Assembly: GCA_900546415.1 (NCBI GenBank)
Contig: URCY01000002.1
Span: 605 to 64,604 of the forward strand
Origin: an uncultured Eubacteriales bacterium
GTDB lineage: Bacteria; Bacillota; Clostridia; Oscillospirales; Oscillospiraceae
Direction of reading: 5' to 3'
Length of the DNA stretch: 64,000 nt
Both the position numbers and the translations under genes were made by a program. Of this stretch, positions 19,701 through 28,384 are shown one piece after another. Each line of letters starts with the position of its first letter. The first letter of the stretch is position 1. Below the pieces are notes generated by a model. The model was given only the letters and a program-made list of their open reading frames with translations, had not been told where the DNA came from and ran no database searches.

Positions 19701-20053
19701 GAAGGCAGAGAAATCGCCGCCGCTTCGAGGACGAGGGCGTCAATCCGATGAACTACATCTCCAACCTGTCCGACGCGATGCTGGTTCTGGCCGTCGGCAT
19801 GATGCTGGCGCTGATCGTCCATTGGAACGTGGACATCGGCTCTGGGACGAAGACAGGGCAGACGAGCGAGCCGACCTCGCAGACGCAGATCGACCGCGAC
19901 AACGCGCCGAGCTTCACGGACGACGATCTGAAGGAGACGGAGCAGCCGTCGGAGAGCGGCGAGCTGGAGAAGCTCGGCGAGGTCTACTATGACGCGGCAA
20001 CCGGAAAATACTACATCATTGAAAACTCGAACGGAACGGAGGGCGGACAGTGA
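19697..20053 (+). CDS. ExbD/TolR-like single-pass protein (possibly DUF2149-type) with a conserved transmembrane Asp
   Basis: N-terminal basic tail RRQRNRRRFEDE. TM segment LSDAMLVLAVGMMLALIV matches the ExbD DxxLVLL motif. Short atypical ~75-aa extracytoplasmic tail. ATGA overlap with the upstream gene. Confidence 0.6.
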   Translation: MRRQRNRRRFEDEGVNPMNYISNLSDAMLVLAVGMMLALIVHWNVDIGSGTKTGQTSEPTSQTQIDRDNAPSFTDDDLKETEQPSESGELEKLGEVYYDAATGKYYIIENSNGTEGGQ

Positions 20054-23000
20054 AACGTTTTTGGAGCATTCTGATCCTGCTTGCGCTGCTGGCGCAGGCC
20101 GGTTGTCTCGGCGCGTCGGCGTCCGGGCAGGTTACGGGCAAGCTGGAGCGGCGCGCAGGCTATGAGCTTGCGAGCGTGCGCTATGTCTTTGCCGACGGCA
20201 GCTACGGCTTTGCCGAGGTGCGCGAGACGGCCGACGGCTATGCCTATTCGTTTGCAGACCCCGGCACGGCGTATACGCTCGTGCCGGAGTATTTCTCCAC
20301 GACCGTCTGGGACGGCGCGGTGGATCTTTCCTGGTACGACGCAGAGCAGACCGAATTTTATATCAGCACACCGGCGCAGCTTGCCGGTCTGGCGGCGCTC
20401 GTCAACGGCCGCGTGGACGCAGACACGTCCGATTACCGCATCCGCGGCGACCGCAGCCAGCTCGTCAGCACCCGCGTGGACGATTTTCTGCTGATCGGCG
20501 CGGGCGGCGGCAACCTATACGGCACGGTCTATGTCGGCGATCAGGATCATGATTTTTCGGACAAAACGGTCTATCTGACGGCCGATCTCGATATGGGCGG
20601 CGAATGCAACTGGACGCCGATCGGCGGCAAATATCCCATGGACGCAGCCAACAGTGACTATGTGATCGAGGCCTTCTTCAACGGCACGCTTGACGGGCAG
20701 GGACATCGCATCACGAATCTGCACTGCGACCGCTACGCGGCGAAGGGCTATGCCTATTCGCAGGCGGTCGGACTCGTCGGCTACCTCGGCGAGCTTTATC
20801 AGGACGAGGCTGCGCCAAAGGCCGCTCCGGCCGTGCGCAATCTCTCCGTCAGCGGCGATGTTTACGGCCGCCGCATGGTCGGCGGTATCGTCGGCCGCAC
20901 GGGCAAGATCCCGACCGGCGTCTATCTGGAAAACTGCGCGAACCATGCGACCGTTCGCAACACGGACTCCAAGGGCATCGGCGGCATTGTCGGAACGGGC
21001 TGGAGCGCGGGAGCGATCGTGAACTGCTATAACACCGGCGTGATCTCCACGTCCTACGCCTGTCCGGCCGGCGGCATCGTCGGCAGCAACGGCGGTCTGG
21101 ATGTTTTCAACTGCTATAACGTCGGCACGATCGATTCCTCCGGCAACGCGCGCGGGCGCGGCATCGGCGGACATGACAGCGGCAGCTACACCGTTTCGGA
21201 CTGCTACTATCTCGACGGCTGCGACGACGACCCGGCCTCGAACGGCTGGTACGTCGGCACGGCGCAGAGCATTCGGGTCTTCGTTGAGCGCCGAAGCTCG
21301 GCCGCGATGCAGACGCAGGACTTGGTCGACGCGCTCAACCGCAACGGTGAGGCCTATGTCGGCACGGCGGGCGGCTATCCGCGTCTGGCCTGGGAGGCCG
21401 GAGCGCAGCGGCCGGACGCCTCCGTCCGCGTGGAGAAGCCGGAGGGCGGCGCGATTTCGGCAGACCGGACGGGAAGCGTTCCCGCCGGGACGGTTTTGAA
21501 GCTCTCCAACGCGCCCGAAACCGGCTGGACGCTCCGCAGCTATACGCTCAGCGGAAAGGAGCTGAGCGGCCGCTATGCGACCGTCACGGGCGAGAGCGTT
21601 CTGAGCGGACGTTTCGAGGCGCTTCAGGCGGGCGCGCTCTATATCGAGCAGCATCCGGCCTGCGAGCTGACCGTGACCAAAACCGGCACGGCGCTGCAAA
21701 ACGGCGCGCTCGTTCCGGTCGAAAATGCGCCGGTGCAGGACGGCGACGCGCTCTATGAGGGCGACGTGCTGACCGTGAAGGCCAAGCTGAACGCCGACGC
21801 GGCGCCGGACGATCTGAACTACGTTTACAGCGGCAGCTTCCGCTATTTCTTTGCCTATCAGGACGGCAGCGGCGAAAAGGCGACTGACACCGGCAGCTTT
21901 ACGGTCGGCTCGCAGATCACGGCCGCGCCGCTGAGCCTGCGCGTCGAGCCGTATACGACGCACAAGGTCTGGACGCAGCTAGCCGAGACCGATTGGTACA
22001 GCGACGGGCGCACGGAGTTCACGCTGACCACGGCGCGGCAGCTTGCGGGCTTGGCAAAGCTCGTCCGCGAGGGCAACCGATTCACCGGGAAGACCGTGAA
22101 GCTCGGCGCGGACATTTCCCTTGTGAACGACGACAAGACCTTTAACCGCAGCGTCCGCTGGTGGGACGGTATCGGCACGAATCAGAACCCATTTTCCGGC
22201 ACGTTTGATGGCGACGGCCACCAGATCACGCAGATGACGGCCGTCTCGTCGGGCAGCGGCGCAGCGCTTTTTGTTGCGGCGAAGTCCGCGACGATCCGGA
22301 ATGTCAGCGTTTATGGCACGGTCGAGGCAAACGGCAGCGCCGCCGGGATCGTTGCGTCGGCCTCCGACACTGTCGTGGAGCGGTGCGACAACCACGCCGA
22401 GATCCGCTCGACCAATGTGAATGCGGGCGGCATTGCCGCCGTGCTGGACGCGGGCAGCAGCCTGCTGAGCTGCACAAATCGCGGCACGGTGAATGGGACG
22501 GACGGCGTCGGCGGAGTGGCCGGCGTTGTGCAGGACGCGAACAGCAGCCTGACGGACTGCCTGAACTATGCCGCCGTCGGAGCAGACGGCGCCAGCATCG
22601 GCGCGGGCGGCGTGGTCGGCCGCATCGGCGGCGCGCTGCTCCGCTGCGCCAACTACGGCCCGGTTTCCGGCGCTTGCTGGTACATGGGCGGCGTTGCGGG
22701 CGTGGCCAAGACGCAGAACGCCTCGAGGCTGACCGATTGCTACAGCGTCGGCGACGTTTCCAACACCCATTCCTATTCCGCAGCCGGGACCGGCGGCCTG
22801 CTCGGCCACGGCGACTTCTGCACGCTCGAAACCTGCTTCTCCTATGCTGCGGTCGCGGCGCAGAGCGGAACGGCCGACGGCGCGATCGGCAAATATATGC
22901 GCCGCTCCACGAACAGCTGCAAAAATGTATGGATCTTGGGCGATGCAAGCGCGATCCCCGGCGTTTCCGGCCAAAGCACGGCAGGCTTTGCCTCGGAGGA

Positions 23001-23781
23001 TTTCTTGAATCAGCTCAATGCGGACCGCTGCTTCGTGCTGAAAAACGGAAAATATCCCGAATTTTCGTCGGTCTACGGCGAGACGGTCTGCGTGCACGCA
23101 CACACCGAGCTGGTGAACGTCCGGCAGGCTGTCTGCGGCACACCGGGCTACAGCGGCGATCTTGTCTGCACGGATTGCGGCGCAGTTTTGCGCACGGGCG
23201 AGGCGACCACGGCGACCTGCCCCGGCGCAAGCTTTGCGGATATGCCCTCGGTCGGCAACTGGGCGCACGCCGGGATCGACTACGCCGTGACGCACGGCCT
23301 GTTCAAGGGCGTCAGCCCGACGAGCTTCGAGCCGGACGGCTCGATGACCCGCGCCATGCTGGTCACGGTGCTCTGGCGCGTCGAGGGGCAGCCGGATCCG
23401 TCCGAGCAGAGCCGATTCTCCGATGTGGAGCGCGGGAGCTGGTATGACAAGGCCGTGCTCTGGGCAGCGGAATGCAAGGTGGTCAACGGCGTCTCTGCCA
23501 CACGCTTTGAGCCGGATTCCAACGTGACGCGTGAGCAGATCGCGGTGATCCTCTATCGCTACGCGCGCTACAAGGGCTTGGATACGCGCGAGCGCGGAGA
23601 TCTTTCTGCCTTCCCGGATGTGGCCGCCGTCAGCAGCTATGCGACAACGGCGTTCTCCTGGGCAAACGGCGCGAGGCTCATCAACGGCACGTCGAACGGC
23701 TCGGTCGCCCTGCTCGACCCGCAGGGCGACGCGACGCGCGCGCAGGTAGCGGCCATTCTGATGCGCTTTTTGAATCGTTAA
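20050..23781 (+). CDS. Giant S-layer-homology cell-surface protein (1243 aa): signal peptide, two copies of a GLUG-motif-like GG(I/V)(V/A)G repeat module, Cys-rich module, three C-terminal SLH domains
   Basis: Signal peptide MKRFWSILILLALLAQAGCLGASASG. Recurring GGIVG, GGVAG and GGVVG every ~35–45 aa in two homologous blocks. C-terminal CxxxGYSGDLVCTDCG...CPG followed by 3 SLH motifs. GTG start with GGAGGG ribosome-binding site; GTGA overlap with the upstream gene. Confidence 0.8.
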   Translation: MKRFWSILILLALLAQAGCLGASASGQVTGKLERRAGYELASVRYVFADGSYGFAEVRETADGYAYSFADPGTAYTLVPEYFSTTVWDGAVDLSWYDAEQTEFYISTPAQLAGLAALVNGRVDADTSDYRIRGDRSQLVSTRVDDFLLIGAGGGNLYGTVYVGDQDHDFSDKTVYLTADLDMGGECNWTPIGGKYPMDAANSDYVIEAFFNGTLDGQGHRITNLHCDRYAAKGYAYSQAVGLVGYLGELYQDEAAPKAAPAVRNLSVSGDVYGRRMVGGIVGRTGKIPTGVYLENCANHATVRNTDSKGIGGIVGTGWSAGAIVNCYNTGVISTSYACPAGGIVGSNGGLDVFNCYNVGTIDSSGNARGRGIGGHDSGSYTVSDCYYLDGCDDDPASNGWYVGTAQSIRVFVERRSSAAMQTQDLVDALNRNGEAYVGTAGGYPRLAWEAGAQRPDASVRVEKPEGGAISADRTGSVPAGTVLKLSNAPETGWTLRSYTLSGKELSGRYATVTGESVLSGRFEALQAGALYIEQHPACELTVTKTGTALQNGALVPVENAPVQDGDALYEGDVLTVKAKLNADAAPDDLNYVYSGSFRYFFAYQDGSGEKATDTGSFTVGSQITAAPLSLRVEPYTTHKVWTQLAETDWYSDGRTEFTLTTARQLAGLAKLVREGNRFTGKTVKLGADISLVNDDKTFNRSVRWWDGIGTNQNPFSGTFDGDGHQITQMTAVSSGSGAALFVAAKSATIRNVSVYGTVEANGSAAGIVASASDTVVERCDNHAEIRSTNVNAGGIAAVLDAGSSLLSCTNRGTVNGTDGVGGVAGVVQDANSSLTDCLNYAAVGADGASIGAGGVVGRIGGALLRCANYGPVSGACWYMGGVAGVAKTQNASRLTDCYSVGDVSNTHSYSAAGTGGLLGHGDFCTLETCFSYAAVAAQSGTADGAIGKYMRRSTNSCKNVWILGDASAIPGVSGQSTAGFASEDFLNQLNADRCFVLKNGKYPEFSSVYGETVCVHAHTELVNVRQAVCGTPGYSGDLVCTDCGAVLRTGEATTATCPGASFADMPSVGNWAHAGIDYAVTHGLFKGVSPTSFEPDGSMTRAMLVTVLWRVEGQPDPSEQSRFSDVERGSWYDKAVLWAAECKVVNGVSATRFEPDSNVTREQIAVILYRYARYKGLDTRERGDLSAFPDVAAVSSYATTAFSWANGARLINGTSNGSVALLDPQGDATRAQVAAILMRFLNR

Positions 23782-23785
23782 ACAG

Positions 23786-23820
23786 AAAAACGCCTCTCCG
23801 ATCTTGGAGAGGCGTTTTTC
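23786..23820. terminator. Bidirectional rho-independent terminator between convergent operons
   Basis: Perfect hairpin aaaaacgcctctcc gatc ttggagaggcgttttt. Confidence 0.8.
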
Positions 23821-23821
23821 A

Positions 23822-24586
23822 TTAATCCAACGGGATCAGAACCGTATGGCCGTCGATGCGCCGCACCTCGGCGCGGATGCCGTAGAGCCGCGCAAGCAGC
23901 TCCGGCGTGAGCGTGTCGGCGGTCGCGCCGTCGGCGATCACGCGGCCGTTCTGAAGCGCCAGAACCTGTGTGGCATAGTGCAGCGCGTGCTCCGGGTTAT
24001 GCGTCGAGAGCAGGATCGTATAGCCGCCGTCGGCCAGCGCCCGCACCTGCTGCATCACGCGGCGCTGGTTGCCGTAGTCGAGATTTGCAGTCGGCTCGTC
24101 CATGATCAGAACGCGCGCGTCCTGCACCAGTGCCCGCGCGATCAGCGCGAGCTGGCGCTCGCCGCCGGAGAGCTGCGCGATGCCGCGCTGCGCTAAGTCT
24201 GAAATACCAAGCAGCTCCAGCGCGCGGGCGCAGCGTTCGCGTTCCGTTCGGGAGGGCGCCTGCAGCGCCGAGAGCGCACCCGTCGTGCCCATGAGCACCG
24301 CATCCTCAACGGTATAGTTGAACACCGGCGTGCTCGACTGCGGAATATAAGCGGCCAGATTGGCCAGCCTGCGCCGGTCGATCGCCGCCGTGTCCTCGCC
24401 GCAGAGGCGTATCGTCCCCGCAGACGGCTTCAGCAAGCGCAGAATGCAGCGAAAAAGGGTGCTTTTGCCCGCGCCGTTCGGGCCAAGCACGGCCACGAGC
24501 GCACCCTGCCGGACGGAGAAGCTGACGTCATGCAGCGTCGGAACGACGCCATAGGAGAACGAGACGTTTTCCAGCTCAATCTGCAT
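23822..24586 (-). CDS. Iron-siderophore/heme/B12-type ABC transporter ATP-binding protein (FecE/FepC-like)
   Basis: Walker A GPNGAGKST, signature LSGGERQLALIARAL, Walker B LIMDEPTANLD. GGAGG ribosome-binding site 8 nt before ATG 24586. Confidence 0.85.
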   Translation of the reverse strand: MQIELENVSFSYGVVPTLHDVSFSVRQGALVAVLGPNGAGKSTLFRCILRLLKPSAGTIRLCGEDTAAIDRRRLANLAAYIPQSSTPVFNYTVEDAVLMGTTGALSALQAPSRTERERCARALELLGISDLAQRGIAQLSGGERQLALIARALVQDARVLIMDEPTANLDYGNQRRVMQQVRALADGGYTILLSTHNPEHALHYATQVLALQNGRVIADGATADTLTPELLARLYGIRAEVRRIDGHTVLIPLD

Positions 24587-25586
24587 GTCTGCCACCTCCG
24601 CTCAGGATCAGATAGAGGAACAGCGGCGCGCCGATGAAGGCGGTGAGGATGCCGAGCGGGATCTCGTTGGTCGTGACGAGGCGCGCGGCGTCATCCACGA
24701 CCAGCAAAAACGCCGCGCCGAGCATGGCCGACGCCGGAATGAGGCGGCGGTAATCGTAGCCGAACAGCATCCGGCAGATATGCGGAATAATCAGGCCGAC
24801 CCATCCGATCATGCCCGAGACGGAGACGCTGGCGGCCGTGAGCAGCGTCGCGCAGATCACGACGATCAGGCGCAGCAGCGTGGTGTTCACACCCATGGCG
24901 CGCGCCTCGTCCTCTCCGACCGTGAGCAGGTTCAGCCGCCAGCGCAGAAGCAGCAGCGGCAGCATCCCGACCGCGAAGGGGATCGACAAAAACAGCAGGT
25001 CGCGCTGCTTGATCGACGTGAGGCTGCCGAGCAGCCAATAGGTGATCGCCGGGAGCTTTTGATCGGTGTCGGCGACGAGCTTGATGAAGGACGTCCCGGC
25101 GGAAAACAGCGAGGAGATCATCATGCCGGCCAGAATCATGGCCGTTGTCGGGTTTGTGCGGCTGACGCGGCTGATGAGATAGGCCACGAAGACCGCCGCC
25201 AGACCGAAGCAGAACGAGGAGGCCGAGATGCCGAAATAGCTTGCGCCGAGCAGGATGGCAAGCGCCGCGCCGAAGCCCGCGCCGGTCGAGGCGCCGAGGA
25301 TGTCGGGCGAGACGAGCGGATTGCGGAACATGCCCTGATAGCAGATGCCCGCGACGGAGAGTGCCGCGCCGACCAGCATCGCCGCGCCGACGCGCGGCAG
25401 ACGGATCTCAAAAAAGACCTGCTGCGCGCCCTTCGGCACGTCGCCGCGCCCGGCAATGAGGTGCGCCAGCTCGATAAGGCTCAGATGAAAGCGGCCGGAA
25501 ACGATTGAGAACAGCACTGCGGCAAGCAGCACTGCGCCGAGGCAGAAAAATCGCGCGGTATAGGATTTTTGTTTCTTGAGCTGCAT
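24576..25586 (-). CDS. FecCD-family ABC transporter permease
   Basis: 336 aa, ~9 TM segments, typical FecCD motifs. AGGAG ribosome-binding site. Overlaps the ATPase start. Confidence 0.85.
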   Translation of the reverse strand: MQLKKQKSYTARFFCLGAVLLAAVLFSIVSGRFHLSLIELAHLIAGRGDVPKGAQQVFFEIRLPRVGAAMLVGAALSVAGICYQGMFRNPLVSPDILGASTGAGFGAALAILLGASYFGISASSFCFGLAAVFVAYLISRVSRTNPTTAMILAGMMISSLFSAGTSFIKLVADTDQKLPAITYWLLGSLTSIKQRDLLFLSIPFAVGMLPLLLLRWRLNLLTVGEDEARAMGVNTTLLRLIVVICATLLTAASVSVSGMIGWVGLIIPHICRMLFGYDYRRLIPASAMLGAAFLLVVDDAARLVTTNEIPLGILTAFIGAPLFLYLILSGGGRHAD

Positions 25587-25638
25587 GACGACTCCTGCCC
25601 TTCAAGCGTAATTCTTATATGAGATAACGCCAAGCACT

Positions 25639-25667
25639 ATTCTAGCAAAATTCGACCGTTCTGTCAA
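25639..25667 (-). promoter_or_regulatory. Sigma-A promoter of the fecCD-fecE operon (minus strand)
   Basis: On the minus strand: TTGACA, 17-nt spacer, TAGAAT. Confidence 0.6.
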
Positions 25668-25687
25668 TGCGCCGGACGGGAAACGCC

Positions 25688-25715
25688 TTGCATTTTTCCG
25701 TTTGCGTGCTATAAT
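25688..25715 (+). promoter_or_regulatory. Sigma-A promoter of the LCP gene
   Basis: TTGCAT, 16-nt spacer, TGcTATAAT (extended -10). Confidence 0.55.
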
Positions 25716-25743
25716 GTAAGAAAAAATGGGTGGTGGTGAGCCT

Positions 25744-26997
25744 ATGAACCAGAACTATAGACCGCAGGATGGGTGGCAATCCTTCTCCGACCCGCAGCAG
25801 CCGGAGGTCGATCCCTATGAGCGCGGCTTTGCCGACAAGCTCTATGAGGATGGCTATGAGCCGGACTATACGGCGGACGGTGCGCAGCAGGAGGCTTGGC
25901 AGGAGCAGCCCCGTCAGGCTGAACCGGGGCGTCGGGAACAGCCGCGCCGCCGCGCGTATGACTACGGCTATTATCCTGAGAATGACCCACGCGACCCGCA
26001 GCAGGGCCGCAGACCCGCCGCGCCGCCCCGCGAGAGGCGGGAGCAGCCGCGTCAGTCCGAGACCGTGCCGAAAACCGGCGGAAAAAAACGCCGCAGCCCG
26101 GTGAAGCGGTTTTTCAAGAGCCTTCTGGCCGTGCTTTTGGTTTTGGTGCTTGCGCTCACGGCCTTTCTTTTCCTTTTTCCGAAGCAGCCGAAGGACGCCG
26201 CCTGCGACTGGGCGCGCAAGAAGGACAACACGACCATTTTGCTCGTCGGCACGGACAAGGCCGCCGACAACACCGACACCATTATGCTGCTCAATATCGA
26301 CCGCGCGTCCCGCGCGATCCACCTGATGAGCATTCCGCGCGACACGCGGGTCGATTCGAGCTACTGGCCGCATAAGATCAACGGCGCTTACAGCGCCAAC
26401 GGCGGCGGAGAGGACGGCATTGAGGCGCTGATGGGCTATGTGACCGACTGCGTCGGCTTCCGCCCGGACGGCTATGTGATGATCGACCTGTCCTGCTTCA
26501 TCGATCTGGTCGATCTGTTCGGCGGCGTGGAATTCAACGTCCCGCAGGATATGTTTTACGACGATCCGGCGCAGGATCTGCACATCGCGCTGAACGCCGG
26601 AGAGCAGACGCTTGACGGCGAACAGGCGATGGGACTGGTGCGCTATCGCTATGGCTACACAATGGCCGACCTCGACCGCGTGAACGTCCAGCGCGCATTC
26701 ATTCAGGCGGCGATCGAGCAGTGGGCGAAGCCGAAAAACGTCCTGCGGCTGCTGCGCGCGCTGTCCGTCGTGGAAAAGCATTGCACGACGGATCTTTCCG
26801 CGCGAAATCTGCTCTGGCTGGCCGAGAGCATGGCGCTCTGCGGCACGTCGAACATGCAGATGGAGACGGTTCCGTATTATCTGGACGATATTTATGTGAA
26901 CATCGCGGTGAACGACGATTATATCTGGATGCTCAACGACCGCTATTGCCCCTATGACCGGTGGATCAGCTATGACGACCTGCACATCGTCAGCTGA
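25744..26997 (+). CDS. LytR-CpsA-Psr (LCP) family cell-envelope phosphotransferase with an N-terminal Pro/Arg/Glu-rich cytoplasmic tail
   Basis: TM segment followed by the LCP core (TILLVGTDKAADNTDTIMLLNIDRASRAIHLMSIPRDTRVD). Confidence 0.8.
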   Translation: MNQNYRPQDGWQSFSDPQQPEVDPYERGFADKLYEDGYEPDYTADGAQQEAWQEQPRQAEPGRREQPRRRAYDYGYYPENDPRDPQQGRRPAAPPRERREQPRQSETVPKTGGKKRRSPVKRFFKSLLAVLLVLVLALTAFLFLFPKQPKDAACDWARKKDNTTILLVGTDKAADNTDTIMLLNIDRASRAIHLMSIPRDTRVDSSYWPHKINGAYSANGGGEDGIEALMGYVTDCVGFRPDGYVMIDLSCFIDLVDLFGGVEFNVPQDMFYDDPAQDLHIALNAGEQTLDGEQAMGLVRYRYGYTMADLDRVNVQRAFIQAAIEQWAKPKNVLRLLRALSVVEKHCTTDLSARNLLWLAESMALCGTSNMQMETVPYYLDDIYVNIAVNDDYIWMLNDRYCPYDRWISYDDLHIVS

Positions 26998-27898
26998 GTG
27001 CGCGGTCGGGCGCTTTGCGCCGAGCCCGTCCGGCCGGATGCACCTCGGGAACGTCTTCACGGCGCTGCTCGCGTGGCTCTCTGTGCGGAGCAAGGGCGGC
27101 CGTCTGCTGCTGCGCATCGAGGATCTTGACCCCGCGCGCTCCAAGCCGGAGTTCATCGACGCCATTTATGACGACCTGAGGTGGCTCGGCCTGACATGGG
27201 ACGCCGAATCGCCGCGCCAGAGCACACGCGATGCAGCCTACGCCGAGGCCTTCTCGCGCCTGCCGACCTATCCGTGCTACTGCACGCGCAGCGAGCTGCT
27301 CGACGCCTCCGCTCCGCACGGCTCGGACGGCCAACGCGTCTACGCCGGAACCTGCCGCGATCTGACGCCCGCCGAGCGCGCTGTCAGGACGCGCAGACCC
27401 GCGTGGCGCGTGCGTGTCCCGGATGAGACGGTCGGCTTTGACGACGGCGTGTTCGGCCATGTGGAGCAGTCTCTGCCGCGCGACTGCGGCGATTTTATCC
27501 TGCGGCGCTCCGACGGCGTCTATGCCTATCAGCTCGCCGTGGTCTGCGACGACGGCGCGTCCGGCGTGACCGAGGTGGTGCGCGGCTGCGACCTGCTCAG
27601 CTCAACGCCGCGCCAGATCTGGCTGCTGCGGGAGCTGGGCTATACCGCGCCGCAGTATTGCCATGTGCCGCTGCTGGTCGCCCCGGACGGCCGGCGGCTG
27701 AGCAAGCGCGAGCGCGATCTGGACATGGCGCATCTGCGCGAATGCCTCACGCCCGAGCGTCTCATCGGCATTCTGGCGCACGCGGCGGGGCTGGTCGAGG
27801 CGCCGCGCCCGATCTCCGCGCAGGAGCTCATCCCGCTGTTCGCCTGGGAGCGCATCGGCCGCACGCCGATTCCGATTCCGGGGCAATTGGCGGTATGA
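26972..27898 (+). CDS. gluQ: Glutamyl-Q tRNA(Asp) synthetase (truncated GluRS paralog)
   Basis: HIGH-region sequence RFAPSPSGRMHLGN. 308 aa, lacking an anticodon-binding domain. Overlaps the LCP 3' end by 26 nt. Confidence 0.8.
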   Translation: MTTCTSSAECAVGRFAPSPSGRMHLGNVFTALLAWLSVRSKGGRLLLRIEDLDPARSKPEFIDAIYDDLRWLGLTWDAESPRQSTRDAAYAEAFSRLPTYPCYCTRSELLDASAPHGSDGQRVYAGTCRDLTPAERAVRTRRPAWRVRVPDETVGFDDGVFGHVEQSLPRDCGDFILRRSDGVYAYQLAVVCDDGASGVTEVVRGCDLLSSTPRQIWLLRELGYTAPQYCHVPLLVAPDGRRLSKRERDLDMAHLRECLTPERLIGILAHAAGLVEAPRPISAQELIPLFAWERIGRTPIPIPGQLAV

Positions 27899-27917
27899 AC
27901 CGCGCGTAATACGGAAA

Positions 27918-27952
27918 TACTTCCCATAAATGCTTTATGGGAGGTATTTTTT
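27918..27952 (+). terminator. Rho-independent terminator whose 3' arm (GGGAGG) doubles as the ribosome-binding site of the next gene
   Basis: tacttcccataaa tgc tttatgggaggta followed by ttttt, then ATG at 27953. Confidence 0.55.
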
Positions 27953-28381
27953 ATGCAGGTCAAGGATTACATGACGAAGGATCTCGTCCGCATCGCGCCT
28001 GAGGAGAGCGCGGCCGTCGCCGCGCGTCTGCTGGCGCGGCATAACGTCGGCGTTCTGCCGGTCTGCTCGAAGGAGGGACGTCTGCGCGGCGTCGTGACCG
28101 ATCGGGATATCGTGCTGCGCTGCGTTGCAGCCAACGAGGACGCCTCGCAGGTCAAGGTGGCCGAGATCATGACGCGCCGCGTCATCAGCGTGGACAGCTC
28201 CGTCTCGCTCGAGACGGCGGCCGGCCTGATGGCGCGGGAGCAGGTGCGCCGTCTGCCGGTCGCGGACGGCGGCAAGCTCGTCGGCATGGTGACGCTGACG
28301 GATATTGCAAAAGCGCCGCACGGCAGCGGTGAGGCTGCGGCGGCGCTTTGTGAGATCGCTTCAAATATTTCGCCGAGATAA
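27953..28381 (+). CDS. CBS-domain pair protein
   Basis: Two CBS motifs (VGVLPV...GVVTDRDI and VRRLPV...GMVTLTDI). Confidence 0.8.
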   Translation: MQVKDYMTKDLVRIAPEESAAVAARLLARHNVGVLPVCSKEGRLRGVVTDRDIVLRCVAANEDASQVKVAEIMTRRVISVDSSVSLETAAGLMAREQVRRLPVADGGKLVGMVTLTDIAKAPHGSGEAAAALCEIASNISPR

Positions 28382-28384
28382 CGG

